Virus record (IMG/VR): IMGVR_UViG_2888028904_000001
Location: 22,954-86,953 of that record
Length of the DNA stretch: 64,000 nucleotides
Direction: 5' to 3' (one strand)
From: a virus
Taxonomy: Duplodnaviria > Caudoviricetes
Shown here in pieces: positions 19,931 through 30,192 of this stretch. The notes beneath the pieces are model-generated. The model did no database searches, had not been told where the DNA came from, and saw only the letters and a list, made by a program, of their open reading frames with translations. The position numbers and the translations under genes are program-made. The first letter of the stretch is position 1; each line of letters begins with the position of its first letter.

Positions 19931-21058
19931 TCAACACGCGATGGTTATCCATTCTTTGCCACGAACATCATTATAACGGTCGGTTTGTGCTCGAGTGGCA
20001 TGCCCTAATAAAGCTTGCGTATCGATACCCTGTTTTCGATATAAACGTTCTGATAATGAACGTTGTTCATGAAAGGAAGCTGGCATTCCTTCACCCCAAT
20101 CAATATCAGTTTTATTTCTTGCTTTGGTGAAATTCGTTGTCATCGTATTTGCTGTGACTGGGCCTCCTCGTTGCCCTTGCGATGTACTCCGAAAATAGTG
20201 AATTAAATAGTGGCTCACTACGCGATCACGACAGCGGTCAATGATTTCTTTAAGTGAAACATTAATGGCTTGATTGCGCAAAGAAAGGGGAATGGCCACT
20301 TTAGCGCCCGTTTTTCCTTGAACAACATGCAAGTGGTCATCCCAAATATCTTGAAAACGCATTCGAGAGATATCACTAATACGTTGACCTGTTACGAGAG
20401 CAAGGAGCATCGCATTACCCATATAACGGTGTTGTTTGTCCGCTAAATCATAAATCTGATGCCATTCATCTAAAGTCAATCTTTGACGTTTTATCCGAGT
20501 TTTTGGCCTTTTAGTTGCCAATGCGGGGTTATAACCTGGTGGAACTTCACCCGCATGTTGTGCTTCTTTAAAAATATCACTAAAAACGGATCTGACTACC
20601 TGTGCCATACGCGATTGTCCCGCCGTTTTATACTCGTCGAGAATACTGACCAAATCTCGAGTGCCCACTTTGGCTAATGGGAGTAAAGCTAATTTTTGGC
20701 GCATAAGGGCGATGGGTTTTTTCTTTTGCCGATAGGTGGCCAGTTGTATCTCTCCTTGATCTAAGCGTTCTTTTTGGATGTTCCAATAACGATCTAACCA
20801 TGTGGCAACCGTAATCGACTCATCTTTGTCAGTTGCAATGCGATCACTGATGGCTAAAATTTGACGCGTTCTTTGCTCTGCAATACGGCTATTTGCTTCG
20901 ATGGCGATTAGTCGCGCTTGAGTTTCATCAGCGCCCAAGGAATGAAATTTACCCGTTATAGGGTGACGATATCGCCAATATATTTTTCGCATTCTTGGGT
21001 GATACGTTGTATATAAATTGGGGATATCAATGTTTTTCTCACGAGGTCGTCCGATCAT
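19931..21058 (-). CDS. int: Lambda/phage 21-type tyrosine integrase (catalytic residues intact)
   Basis: Arm-binding N-terminus; GQRISD, QGKTG, HEQR, LLGH, DRYND. Confidence 0.93.
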   Translation of the reverse strand: MIGRPREKNIDIPNLYTTYHPRMRKIYWRYRHPITGKFHSLGADETQARLIAIEANSRIAEQRTRQILAISDRIATDKDESITVATWLDRYWNIQKERLDQGEIQLATYRQKKKPIALMRQKLALLPLAKVGTRDLVSILDEYKTAGQSRMAQVVRSVFSDIFKEAQHAGEVPPGYNPALATKRPKTRIKRQRLTLDEWHQIYDLADKQHRYMGNAMLLALVTGQRISDISRMRFQDIWDDHLHVVQGKTGAKVAIPLSLRNQAINVSLKEIIDRCRDRVVSHYLIHYFRSTSQGQRGGPVTANTMTTNFTKARNKTDIDWGEGMPASFHEQRSLSERLYRKQGIDTQALLGHATRAQTDRYNDVRGKEWITIAC

Positions 21059-21281
21059 CTTTTAGTATCTTCCTTAATATTGGATCATCAAAGATATTGA
21101 TTGAAGGGATAGCTAACATGCCGACTAAATCTGCATCTTCTCTCACTCGCCACATGCCACCTTCTTTCCTTGCAGGTGGGCAGAAAAAACCTAATCGTGC
21201 ATAGCGACTTAATGTGGTGAGAGACGGTGGACGACTTTTGTATCGTTTCTCAGCCCATTCTTTTAATGTTAATACTTGCAT
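21039..21281 (-). CDS. xis: Excisionase
   Basis: LTLKEWA...PPARKEG..WRV; overlaps int start. Confidence 0.85.
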   Translation of the reverse strand: MQVLTLKEWAEKRYKSRPPSLTTLSRYARLGFFCPPARKEGGMWRVREDADLVGMLAIPSINIFDDPILRKILKDDRTTS

Positions 21282-21493
21282 TATTCTTTCCTTATATTAT
21301 TAAAAATGAATTAATAATGATTATTCCTTTATTTTAAATAAATTAATGCTGTATTTATTTGATGGCTAATTAATACGTAATTATATTTTTAGTCTTTTAT
21401 TTCCTTATCGTTTAAATGAGTGGGTGTTTGTTACTTGTGATTAATTGTACTCTATGTTTCTTTATAGGCAATAACACTGTGAGGGGAAGTACA

Positions 21494-21521
21494 TATTGAG
21501 CTGAAGTGATCCAGCTCAATA
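21494..21521. terminator. Hairpin downstream of cI (terminator or binding site)
   Basis: TATTGAGCTG-8nt-CAGCTCAATA perfect 10-bp inverted repeat; weak U-tail. Confidence 0.4.
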
Positions 21522-21537
21522 AATTAAACTAAATAAG

Positions 21538-22197
21538 TTAAAGTGTTTGAATAATTTGTATCACATAACCAATGATTTGATAATCATGAGTTAATAATAT
21601 AGGCGTAAAGGCGGCATTTAATGAAACCAAATAAAGATGAGGTGGTTCTGATATTAATTTCTTAATTACCACATCATGGGTAATACTATGTTTCGCGATG
21701 ATTATCTTTCCATATAATTCAATATTATTTTTAAATTCCGGCTCAATAATAATCGTTGAACCCTTTGGTATGGAGGGGAGTGAGTAAGGGTTAGTCATTG
21801 ATTCACCTTGATACACAAGCCCGTAAGCCTGCTCAGAAACAGGTACTGTCGCATAACACCAAGTTTGAATATCACTCAACCTTAATGTTTCATAACGTGT
21901 TTTCCAATCAAGGGTTTGCTCTAGTGTGATAATGGGAATTTGACGAATATTCATTGTCTTACGTGTGATTATTAACGCATCAGCATCGGATGATGTTCCA
22001 CCATAAAGTAACCATTCAGGTGAAACTTCAAGAACTTTAGCCAGTATTTGTAAGTTTTCCCCGTCTGGTTCAGTGACTTGGGTTTCCCATTTTGTAATAG
22101 AAACTCGGCTGACACTTAACATCTTTGCTAATGACTCTTGTGTTAAGGCTAATTGCAATCGACGCTCTCTAATTCGGGTATGCATTTTGTTTCTCAT
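21538..22197 (-). CDS. cI: CI-like repressor (XRE HTH plus S24 peptidase)
   Basis: HTH, PEWLLYG, GESM and IKKL catalytic motifs. Confidence 0.88.
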   Translation of the reverse strand: MRNKMHTRIRERRLQLALTQESLAKMLSVSRVSITKWETQVTEPDGENLQILAKVLEVSPEWLLYGGTSSDADALIITRKTMNIRQIPIITLEQTLDWKTRYETLRLSDIQTWCYATVPVSEQAYGLVYQGESMTNPYSLPSIPKGSTIIIEPEFKNNIELYGKIIIAKHSITHDVVIKKLISEPPHLYLVSLNAAFTPILLTHDYQIIGYVIQIIQTL

Positions 22198-22518
22198 GTA
22201 ATTCCCATTTCCTTTTATTTAAGTAAAAATGATTTGCGTGTCCATTCTCTATTTATTAATTTTAATAGCGTAATCGATAACTGATTAATTTAATCTATAA
22301 AGATGTTATTTAAATTAATCCTATTAATTTAACTCACGATAGTTTCAATGGTAATAACGGATTAGATCTTTTCGTTAAGTGTGCTAATTAAAAGTAATGC
22401 AACGGAATATTTTACAAAACAAAAGTGGAATTACCATCTTTTGTTATTTTTTCAATTAAATTATTTTTAATTTGATGCACATCTTTTTTTTAAAAGAATG
22501 GTAGAAAAAGGAATTCAC

Positions 22519-23589
22519 ATGAAATTATTAATGGAAAAAACACGTCCTCAGATAGTCATACCTGAATTAGCAGTTCAAATTGGGTTATACGAAGCAATTG
22601 TTTTGCAACAATTACATTATTGGATAACAGAAACAATATCGGGTGTTGAATATGAAGGACGGCGATGGATCTACAATACATTACCTGATTGGCATTTACA
22701 GTTTCCCTACTTATCGCTATCAACACTAAAACGCGTCTTTACTCATCTTCGAACGGCTGGATTGATTGAAGTGAGACAGCTCAACAAACACCTTCATGAT
22801 CGTACTAACTTTTATAGTATTAATTATCAGCATAAAATTTTGAAAACGGAAGATGAAGAGCAAAATACGAATGAAGAAGGTAGTGATAATGAAACGAAAA
22901 TACGCACATTCGATGGTGCCAAACAGGAACAATGGAAGGGATGCAAAAGTCAGCCTCAGAACGGTTCAAATAGGGCTCTTCTTACAGAGAATACAACAAA
23001 GATTACTACAAAGAGTAACCTTAAAAGATCTTGTTCAGATTGCTCATCGTCAAATCGTGAACGGCCTGAAATAGACATTATTCGCTATTTTAATAAAACA
23101 ACTCACTCCCATTATCGAGAATGTCAAACCACATTGGGCTATGTCCGAGCTAGGTTGGCTGATGGTTTCCAAGTCGATGAATTGATCTTAATTACCGATT
23201 ACCTAACAGCAAAATGGCTCAACGATAATAAAATGCAGGATTATTTAAGACCTAAAACCCTGTTCCATAAAAACAATTGTGCAGAGTATCTTGATAAAGC
23301 GAAAAAGTGGCAATTAAAAGGACGACCCACTTATCAAAATGGGCGGTGCTTAAAGGAGGGCGAAATCCCTATTGAAATCGATTGTGTTGAAAGAGATAAC
23401 ACATTTAGTCTGTTATTTAGTTCAGCATGGAAGCCTAAAACAGCTCTTCAGATCCTCGCGAAAAAAATCGCCTTACAACGTGGTTTAGGGCGAATGCATA
23501 TTCATAATGCTAAAGTGCTTTGGAAAGAAATTTGGTATCAGTCCGCACAGTTAATTGCGCGTTCAACATATCACAATAGTATTAGATAA
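22519..23589 (+). CDS. Phage replication initiator protein
   Basis: EAIVLQQLHYW...RWIYNT N-terminal domain; YLRPKTLF motif. Confidence 0.8.
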   Translation: MKLLMEKTRPQIVIPELAVQIGLYEAIVLQQLHYWITETISGVEYEGRRWIYNTLPDWHLQFPYLSLSTLKRVFTHLRTAGLIEVRQLNKHLHDRTNFYSINYQHKILKTEDEEQNTNEEGSDNETKIRTFDGAKQEQWKGCKSQPQNGSNRALLTENTTKITTKSNLKRSCSDCSSSNRERPEIDIIRYFNKTTHSHYRECQTTLGYVRARLADGFQVDELILITDYLTAKWLNDNKMQDYLRPKTLFHKNNCAEYLDKAKKWQLKGRPTYQNGRCLKEGEIPIEIDCVERDNTFSLLFSSAWKPKTALQILAKKIALQRGLGRMHIHNAKVLWKEIWYQSAQLIARSTYHNSIR

Positions 23590-23602
23590 AGGTATTTGCG
23601 AC

Positions 23603-23998
23603 ATGAGAGATATACAGCAAGTATTAGAACGATGGGGTGCTTGGGCATCTGATGTACAAAGTGGTGTGGATTATTCTCATATTGCTGCGGGCTTTAAAGG
23701 GATATTACCTTATCAATCATCATCTCGTATCAGTTGTTGCGATGATGATGGATTGATCATTGATTCTGCTATCGCTCGCCTAAAACAACTGAGAAAAGAA
23801 GAAGAGGTGAATGCACTTATATTACATTATATTTATCAGCATCCTAAAAGAAGTATTGCGAGGCGTTGGAAAATAAGTGAAAGCCGAGTTCGCCAAATTA
23901 TACAAGTTGCAGAGGGTTTTGTTGAAGGAGGGCTGGCAATGTTAGAAATATGTTTAGAGATGGATCATGAAGTTTATTGTTATAAGAAAACAAATTAA
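23603..23998 (+). CDS. Q: Late antiterminator Q
   Basis: MRDIQQVLERWGAWA...CCDDDGLIID...AEGFVEG. Confidence 0.9.
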   Translation: MRDIQQVLERWGAWASDVQSGVDYSHIAAGFKGILPYQSSSRISCCDDDGLIIDSAIARLKQLRKEEEVNALILHYIYQHPKRSIARRWKISESRVRQIIQVAEGFVEGGLAMLEICLEMDHEVYCYKKTN

Positions 23999-24224
23999 AT
24001 AAAAAAGTATTAACGCGCTACGCAAATTAGCTGTTAATCTAATAAAAATAAAGATATTTACCTGGCTTATAATTTATCTAAAAGGGTAATATTAAATAAT
24101 GAAACATCAAATACTACTTTAATTAATGTTTATATAGCCTAATCTTGTTAAGTAATGCTTAATTTTTAAGGTTTGAATTTTTATGATATAAACTTACATC
24201 TTCATTTTAAATGTTAGAGTTATT

Positions 24225-24485
24225 ATGATCCCTAAAAGACTAAAAACGGCAAGAGCAAGAGTTGAATTAACTCAAGAGGAGTTGGGGATTTTAGCTGGGA
24301 TAGATGAGGAGTCAGCTAAAATTAGAGTTTGCCAATATGAGTCAGGCACACATCGTCCTAATTTTGAAACTATTTGCCGATTTGCCAAAATATTGAAAGT
24401 ACCAGAAAATTATTTTTACACTTTAAATGATGAATTCGCAGAAGAGCTAATTTTTATTTATAATGAAAAATATAATCCACTATAA
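24225..24485 (+). CDS. XRE-family HTH regulator
   Basis: LTQEELGILAGI...QYESGTHRPNF. Confidence 0.85.
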   Translation: MIPKRLKTARARVELTQEELGILAGIDEESAKIRVCQYESGTHRPNFETICRFAKILKVPENYFYTLNDEFAEELIFIYNEKYNPL

Positions 24486-24659
24486 AATTCGTTTTAAAAA
24501 AGTGCTATACACGTTTTTTAAATTTATGATATAAAATAAATGAATTACTAAAATAAAAATACTATTTTTAAAGAAATTGCTATTTGCTTAATGATTGGGA
24601 GGTGGGGCAGAATAGATAAAATAAATATCTTATTAATTTAAAAATTATTGGTTATAGCT

Positions 24660-24917
24660 ATGGTTCATCTTAGATTAAGATATGCCCGTAAAATGGCAAA
24701 ATTAACTCAGGCAAGATTAGGTATACTGGCAGGAATAAATATAGATCATGCGCGTTCAAGAGTCTGTCAGTATGAATTAGGGGTTCATAGACCAACTTTT
24801 GAAATGGTATGTAAGTTTGCCAAAATACTTAATTTACCTGAATGTTATTTTTATACTGTTAATGAATATTTAGCAGAGGATATAATGAAATTATATCGTG
24901 AAAAATATAATAAGTAG
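24660..24917 (+). CDS. XRE-family HTH regulator (paralogue of 24225-24485)
   Basis: LTQARLGILAGI...QYELGVHRPTF. Confidence 0.8.
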   Translation: MVHLRLRYARKMAKLTQARLGILAGINIDHARSRVCQYELGVHRPTFEMVCKFAKILNLPECYFYTVNEYLAEDIMKLYREKYNK

Positions 24918-24922
24918 TAAAT

Positions 24923-25195
24923 CTACAGTTTATGTTTATCGTTTGATTTTTGCTCTCTCGTTTTGCGAACAATTTGATTTCCATGTTCATCAAAATAACG
25001 CTCAGGCCATATTGTTGATGGGGGCAAATTAAGTTCTTGAGCGATAAGTTGTTCTCCTTTAGGCCATGGACGGGACAATGCATTAGACAGAGTTGATGAG
25101 CTTAAGCCTGCGGCTCTGGAAATCTCTGCTAACGTTGTCCCTTTTTTCTTTAATGATGCGATAATATCTGCTGCATGCCAATTTTTATTAATCAT
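24923..25195 (-). CDS. Ner/Nlp (SfsB)-like DNA-binding protein
   Basis: WHAADIIASLKKKG...PWPKGEQLIA...IWPERY. Confidence 0.88.
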   Translation of the reverse strand: MINKNWHAADIIASLKKKGTTLAEISRAAGLSSSTLSNALSRPWPKGEQLIAQELNLPPSTIWPERYFDEHGNQIVRKTREQKSNDKHKL

Positions 25196-25498
25196 ATACT
25201 TTCCTGTATGATTTGTTAGTTTAATTTAAAAATTTTAATGTGTAGTTATTTCCAAACAAATTCATTTTAAATAAATTAATTTTTTATATCAAATAGAATA
25301 AATCTTATTTTTAAATGTAGTAGATTAGTATTTCTATTTATAAAAATATCTTAAATATATAAATTAATATTTTTGTTTTTATAATTATCAATAAAGTTAT
25401 TTATTTAAAAATAATCTGACAAAAGAACTTGCTGTTTATAGGATGAAGAGTTACACCTTTAGATATATTATTTGTTTAAAATAAAGGTGTAAAATATC

Positions 25499-25705
25499 AT
25501 GATAAAACAGAGTGATATGACTATTCAGGCATATGATATATTAGAAATAATATCACAAAGTACGTGTAAGAATATAATAGAAATCGTAAGTGAATCTAAA
25601 CTCAGTTATGAAAGTTGTGAGTTTTTACTCACTCAATTAGAAATGGCGGAATTAATTTTAAAACAAGATGATTTTTATAAGCGAACAAGTAAAAGAATTG
25701 ATTAA
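25499..25705 (+). CDS. Small winged-helix-like protein
   Basis: CEFLLTQLEMA; homologue at 58600-58790. Confidence 0.6.
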   Translation: MIKQSDMTIQAYDILEIISQSTCKNIIEIVSESKLSYESCEFLLTQLEMAELILKQDDFYKRTSKRID

Positions 25706-25890
25706 ATACTTTATATTATAATAAAAGGTATCAGTTTGTATTTTTCTTGCATAAAAGATGAATTTGCACTTGATAAACCGCAGATAAAGATAAGATTGAA
25801 TAATTATTTTATAAATAAAAATTCAAGATAAAGCCTTTCGATTAATTGACGATATACATAATGACTTATCTTAAATGAGAGATTAAATTT

Positions 25891-26274
25891 GTGAAAAAAA
25901 TCTTATTATTATCACTACTGTTTAGTTCTTCTGTTTTTGCACAAAATGTCGATGTGGGGCAAGTATGTAAAGCTTCTGCGGCAACCATGTTTGGTCGAGA
26001 TCATAAGATTATGCAATTAGATACTATTGAAAACGGTATTGCTTATGTTCATTACATTCGTTCAGTTGATAACAGTCGCTGGGCTATAAAATGCAAGCTA
26101 AACGGTGAAAAGGTAATTTGGGCATCAAATAATGCTGATAGTATTGGTCGATGGAGGAATGATCCTTTAGATAGTATTGTGAAATATTCTGTAAATGGTG
26201 GGGATATCACGATTTCTGAAATTTATAGTGATGGTTCTAAAACGGAAAAAACATATCCAATAAAAGAGCTATAA
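25891..26274 (+). CDS. Hypothetical exported protein
   Basis: Sec signal (SSVFA), two Cys, GRWR motif. Confidence 0.65.
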   Translation: MKKILLLSLLFSSSVFAQNVDVGQVCKASAATMFGRDHKIMQLDTIENGIAYVHYIRSVDNSRWAIKCKLNGEKVIWASNNADSIGRWRNDPLDSIVKYSVNGGDITISEIYSDGSKTEKTYPIKEL

Positions 26275-26371
26275 ATTACCACTGGTTTTTGAACTCTTTT
26301 ATATTAAATATAAATACAAGTCAGAAGTTTGATAATTTCTGGCTTTTTTGTTGCCTCAATAAAGGATATAG

Positions 26372-27397
26372 ATGCAATTATATAATAATGACGCATTGGT
26401 TGTGCTAAAAGTGTTACCAGAGAATTGTATTGATTTGATAGTGACAGATCCCCCTTATTTTCGGGTTAAATCTTGTGCATGGGATAATCAGTGGGCAAAT
26501 GAAGCTGAATACTTAGCGTGGCTAGATGACGTATTAACTGAGTTTTGGCGAGTATTGAAACCGAATGGAAGCTTGTATTTATTTTGTGGCTCTAAGCTTG
26601 CCTCTGATACTGAATTATTAGTAAAAGGGCGATTTAATATGTTAAGTCATATTATTTGGGCTAAACCTTCAGGCCCTTGGCGACGCCAGAATAAAGAAAG
26701 CCTGCGTACGTTTTTTCCTTCGACAGAACGAATATTGTTTGCGGAACATTATCAAAGACCAGTACAAGCAAAAGGAGCTGAGTTTGTTATAAAGTGTCGT
26801 GAACTCAAGCAACGAGTATTTAAACCTCTTATGGATTATTTTATCGATGCACGATCAGCATTACAGGTTAGCGTTAAACAAATAAATAAAGTTACAGGGA
26901 AGAAAATGGCTAATCACTGGTTTGGTCGCAGTCAGTGGCAATTACCATTAAAGGATGACTATCAAAAGTTACAAATATTATTTTCACAACGAGCTACGCA
27001 TATTGATCAGTTATCACCCTTATTACGTACCTATGATGATTTGCTGTCAGAATATAAAATTTCTCAGATACGTTATCAAACATTGGTTGAAGAACACGGA
27101 TTATTGAAGTGTCCTTTTTTTGTTACAGCTGATGTTTCTTACACTGATGTATGGACATATCCTCCAGTGCAATATTATCCTGGGAAACATCCTTGTGAGA
27201 AACCATCAGATATGATGGAACATATTATTCGTTCTAGCAGTCGTGAAGGGGACTTAGTGGCCGATTTCTTTATGGGATCAGGGGCAACGATAAAGGCGGG
27301 ATTAAAGTTAAATAGAAATGTGTTGGGAGTGGAGTTAGAGAAGGAGAGATTTGAGGTGACAAAAGAGGAGATAAATAATTATTTAAGAAATACATAA
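26372..27397 (+). CDS. Phage DNA (N6-adenine/N4-cytosine) methyltransferase, beta class
   Basis: DPPY, HPCEKP and DFFMGSG motifs. Confidence 0.92.
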   Translation: MQLYNNDALVVLKVLPENCIDLIVTDPPYFRVKSCAWDNQWANEAEYLAWLDDVLTEFWRVLKPNGSLYLFCGSKLASDTELLVKGRFNMLSHIIWAKPSGPWRRQNKESLRTFFPSTERILFAEHYQRPVQAKGAEFVIKCRELKQRVFKPLMDYFIDARSALQVSVKQINKVTGKKMANHWFGRSQWQLPLKDDYQKLQILFSQRATHIDQLSPLLRTYDDLLSEYKISQIRYQTLVEEHGLLKCPFFVTADVSYTDVWTYPPVQYYPGKHPCEKPSDMMEHIIRSSSREGDLVADFFMGSGATIKAGLKLNRNVLGVELEKERFEVTKEEINNYLRNT

Positions 27398-27617
27398 AAT
27401 ATAAATAACTTCTTAATAAGAGTTATTCCTCTTAAGTATAATTTAAATATTTTTAATTTTAATAACGCAATAAAACAATTGAATATTATTCAGTTGTTTA
27501 TATAGTAAGTAATATTTTATTGTTAAACTATTCTTAATTAAATGGACTTTCAGGTTTTATTTATTAGATGTCTATTAAATGATGGATTATGGTTTTCTAT
27601 AAATGGAGATGTATAAA

Positions 27618-28097
27618 TTGGCAAATATTATTTATTTAAAGTTAAATGGAAATAATCAAGGTTTAATTTCAAAAGGGTGTTCTACATTTGATTCTATTGG
27701 TAATAAATATCAATCTGGTCATGAAGATGAAATTTTAGTTTATGAATTCTCATCAAATCTTTCAATGCATCAAAATGTAAGCTTTCAACCTATAGATATA
27801 CGTAAGACAATCGATAAGGCATCCCCATTATTATCTCAATCATTAGTCTCTAATGAGTTATTAACATGTGAATTTTTCTTTTATAGAACATCAGGTAATA
27901 GTGGATTGGAGTTATATTACAAAATAAAATTAACAGATGCTTCAATAGTAAATATCAGTTGTTTCTATCCTAATTCTATAACACATAATGAAGTTCAACC
28001 CGAAGAGTCATTATCAATACGGTTTAAGTCAATAACATGGGAACATGTAACCGCAGGAACAAGTTCTTATAGTATTTGGGATGAAAGGATATTTTAA
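27618..28097 (+). CDS. hcp: Hcp/TssD-family T6SS tube protein (orphan)
   Basis: SIGNKYQSGHEDEI, KTIDKASPLL, ITWEH..AGTS motifs. Confidence 0.88.
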   Translation: MANIIYLKLNGNNQGLISKGCSTFDSIGNKYQSGHEDEILVYEFSSNLSMHQNVSFQPIDIRKTIDKASPLLSQSLVSNELLTCEFFFYRTSGNSGLELYYKIKLTDASIVNISCFYPNSITHNEVQPEESLSIRFKSITWEHVTAGTSSYSIWDERIF

Positions 28098-29065
28098 TGT
28101 TTTTTAGTTTTGAAGAAAAATTTGAAAGATATGCTAATGATATTAAAAGGTTATCCGAAATATCCGCAAGATACCTACTTACAGATGATTACTGTAAACA
28201 AGGATATAGAAGTGAAATAGCAGAAGTTGTAAGGTTAATTCGAGCTGATTTTTATCGTGCATTATATAACCACAGAGAAAGATATAATCGAGTTGAAGGT
28301 TTTAGAGATACAGTAAAAGAGACATTTGGAGTTGGTTCTACGCCAGAAATAATGCAGTATCTCAATGAAATAGAAACTGAGTATGAAACTGAAATGTCTG
28401 CTTATTCTCAATTAAGAAAACAGAGTAAAGAACTCTATGAACTAACTAAAACTTTTTCTGGAACGGGATGGTATTTTTACCTTAAAGGTAGTCAAACTAT
28501 TATAGGAGGAGGAATACAAAGTGCTTTTGGATATTTAAGCTTTAAGATAGGCCGTAAAATTAGAAATAAAGAAATGCAAGGTGCAGGAATTATTGGTTTA
28601 TCACTCGGTGGCGGTAAGTTTTTTGAAGGTGTATCAGATTTAGTGTATGAATTTACTGATGGCGATATTAACTTTGGAGGGGATCCCGTTAAAGAGAGAA
28701 TTCAGAAAGGATTTGAATTTTTGGGTTTGAATGAGAGTCATGGTGAGATAGGCTATGATGTTATTGATATGACTGTTAGCGTATATAATGGATTCGCTGC
28801 TTTTGCTAAATATGACTCACCTAATCGTATTATTCATTTACCTGTCACCATGGGTGGAAGAACTTATAGAGCAACACATTTTGATAGATTATTTACCAGT
28901 AAAGGTACTCGCTTATTTCGTTGGAGTTCATTAGATTTTAAGCGAAAATTTAGCGTTCATAGCAATCCACTATTACTCACTACCTTAGGCTATAATATGG
29001 GAAAATTTATTCTAATATTAAAAAAATATAATAACGAAGATTCATCTAATGAAAATACTCATTAA
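28097..29065 (+). CDS. Hcp-linked putative effector (DUF4225-like)
   Basis: Coupled to hcp; Gly-rich hydrophobic segments; RLFRW...DF motif. Confidence 0.6.
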   Translation: MFFSFEEKFERYANDIKRLSEISARYLLTDDYCKQGYRSEIAEVVRLIRADFYRALYNHRERYNRVEGFRDTVKETFGVGSTPEIMQYLNEIETEYETEMSAYSQLRKQSKELYELTKTFSGTGWYFYLKGSQTIIGGGIQSAFGYLSFKIGRKIRNKEMQGAGIIGLSLGGGKFFEGVSDLVYEFTDGDINFGGDPVKERIQKGFEFLGLNESHGEIGYDVIDMTVSVYNGFAAFAKYDSPNRIIHLPVTMGGRTYRATHFDRLFTSKGTRLFRWSSLDFKRKFSVHSNPLLLTTLGYNMGKFILILKKYNNEDSSNENTH

Positions 29066-29095
29066 GTTAGATTAATGTTCTAATTAAAAAATAGA

Positions 29096-29461
29096 TCATT
29101 TTTTCATTATATAGGTCATTATTGCAATTCTCTTTACTCTAAAGAATAAAATTAGTGATATTTTATTATTAATACAATCATAGATAGTAATTACTAAACT
29201 CATGGTAAAGTAAATAAAAACTAAAACTAAGAATGAATAGAATAGATGAGGTGTGGTTCCTAATGTGATTATACAAATGAAAACTATAGTAAGTGAAATA
29301 AATAATCCTTCAAATAAGATACGATCAAAGATAAATGTGTCAAAAAACCATTTTTTGAAACTATCTTCTTTATTGGTTTGGTTGTTATAGGTTTGATTTA
29401 TTTTTTTTACATCCTTGTCCGATAAGTTTTTAATTATTTTATCTATATCGAATTTTTTCAT
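29096..29461 (-). CDS. Two-TM membrane protein, candidate immunity protein
   Basis: Two hydrophobic helices; convergent with effector. Confidence 0.5.
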   Translation of the reverse strand: MKKFDIDKIIKNLSDKDVKKINQTYNNQTNKEDSFKKWFFDTFIFDRILFEGLFISLTIVFICIITLGTTPHLFYSFLVLVFIYFTMSLVITIYDCINNKISLILFFRVKRIAIMTYIMKK

Positions 29462-29575
29462 TATATTTTATCTCTAATTTTTATTTTTCTAATGATAACA
29501 TAATTAAATATTAAATTGAATTATAAGATTCAATTATATTTATGAAATGATACTTTTTAATAAAAAGGATCTTAA

Positions 29576-30046
29576 GTGCAATTAAAACGGAAAGCAATTG
29601 TATTAAGTAGCACCAGTGCCGTTACTATAGCCTTAACTCTTATTAGTTATTTAGAAGGAATAAAATACAAATCCTATTATGATATTGCGGGTGTTCTGAC
29701 GGTTTGTTACGGCCATACTGGCAATGACATCATTCAGAATAGGCTATACACACAGCAAGAATGTGATGCTTTATTACAAAAAGATTTTATTAAAATACAA
29801 CGACAAGTCGATGTTTTAGTTAAAGTATCTCTCGATAATCACACTAAAGCCTCTTTATATTCTTTTGCTTATAATGTTGGAATAACCTCATTTTCACATT
29901 CTACTTTACTCAAGAAATTAAACGAAGGTGATCAATATGGCGCTTGTGAAGAAATGAAACGCTGGATTTATGCTGGTGGAAAAGTATGGAAAGGCTTAAT
30001 TAATCGCCGTGAAATGGAATCTGCTTTATGCCATGGAAATCTTTAA
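29576..30046 (+). CDS. SAR-type endolysin (T4 lysozyme-like)
   Basis: Hydrophobic N-terminus; E-x8-D-x5-T triad (EGIKYKSYYDIAGVLT). Confidence 0.9.
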   Translation: MQLKRKAIVLSSTSAVTIALTLISYLEGIKYKSYYDIAGVLTVCYGHTGNDIIQNRLYTQQECDALLQKDFIKIQRQVDVLVKVSLDNHTKASLYSFAYNVGITSFSHSTLLKKLNEGDQYGACEEMKRWIYAGGKVWKGLINRREMESALCHGNL

Positions 30047-30186
30047 TTATTATTTTGTGTTTTATTATTACTCTTTTTCTTATTGTTATCTTCAGTTTTT
30101 ATCTTTCCATTGATCCTTCTTGTTCTAATGATAAATCGAGTTTAGTTAAACGCTGTCAACGCGCTATTTCTCATCATAGGTATTAA
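30028..30186 (+). CDS. Conserved 52-aa single-TM lysis-cassette protein (below ORF-track cut-off)
   Basis: MPWKSLIIILCF...YLSIDPSCSNDKSSLVKRCQRAISHHRY; homologue at 61611-61769. Confidence 0.65.
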   Translation: MPWKSLIIILCFIITLFLIVIFSFYLSIDPSCSNDKSSLVKRCQRAISHHRY

Positions 30187-30192
30187 TCAATA

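Noticed and set aside
24005-24045. Possible Q-dependent late promoter after Q
   Set aside because: Position fits, but -35/-10 and qut elements could not be assigned with confidence.
24225-24917. XRE pair as MrpJ-type fimbrial regulators
   Set aside because: They lack the SQQQFSRYE MrpJ signature; called generic XRE only.
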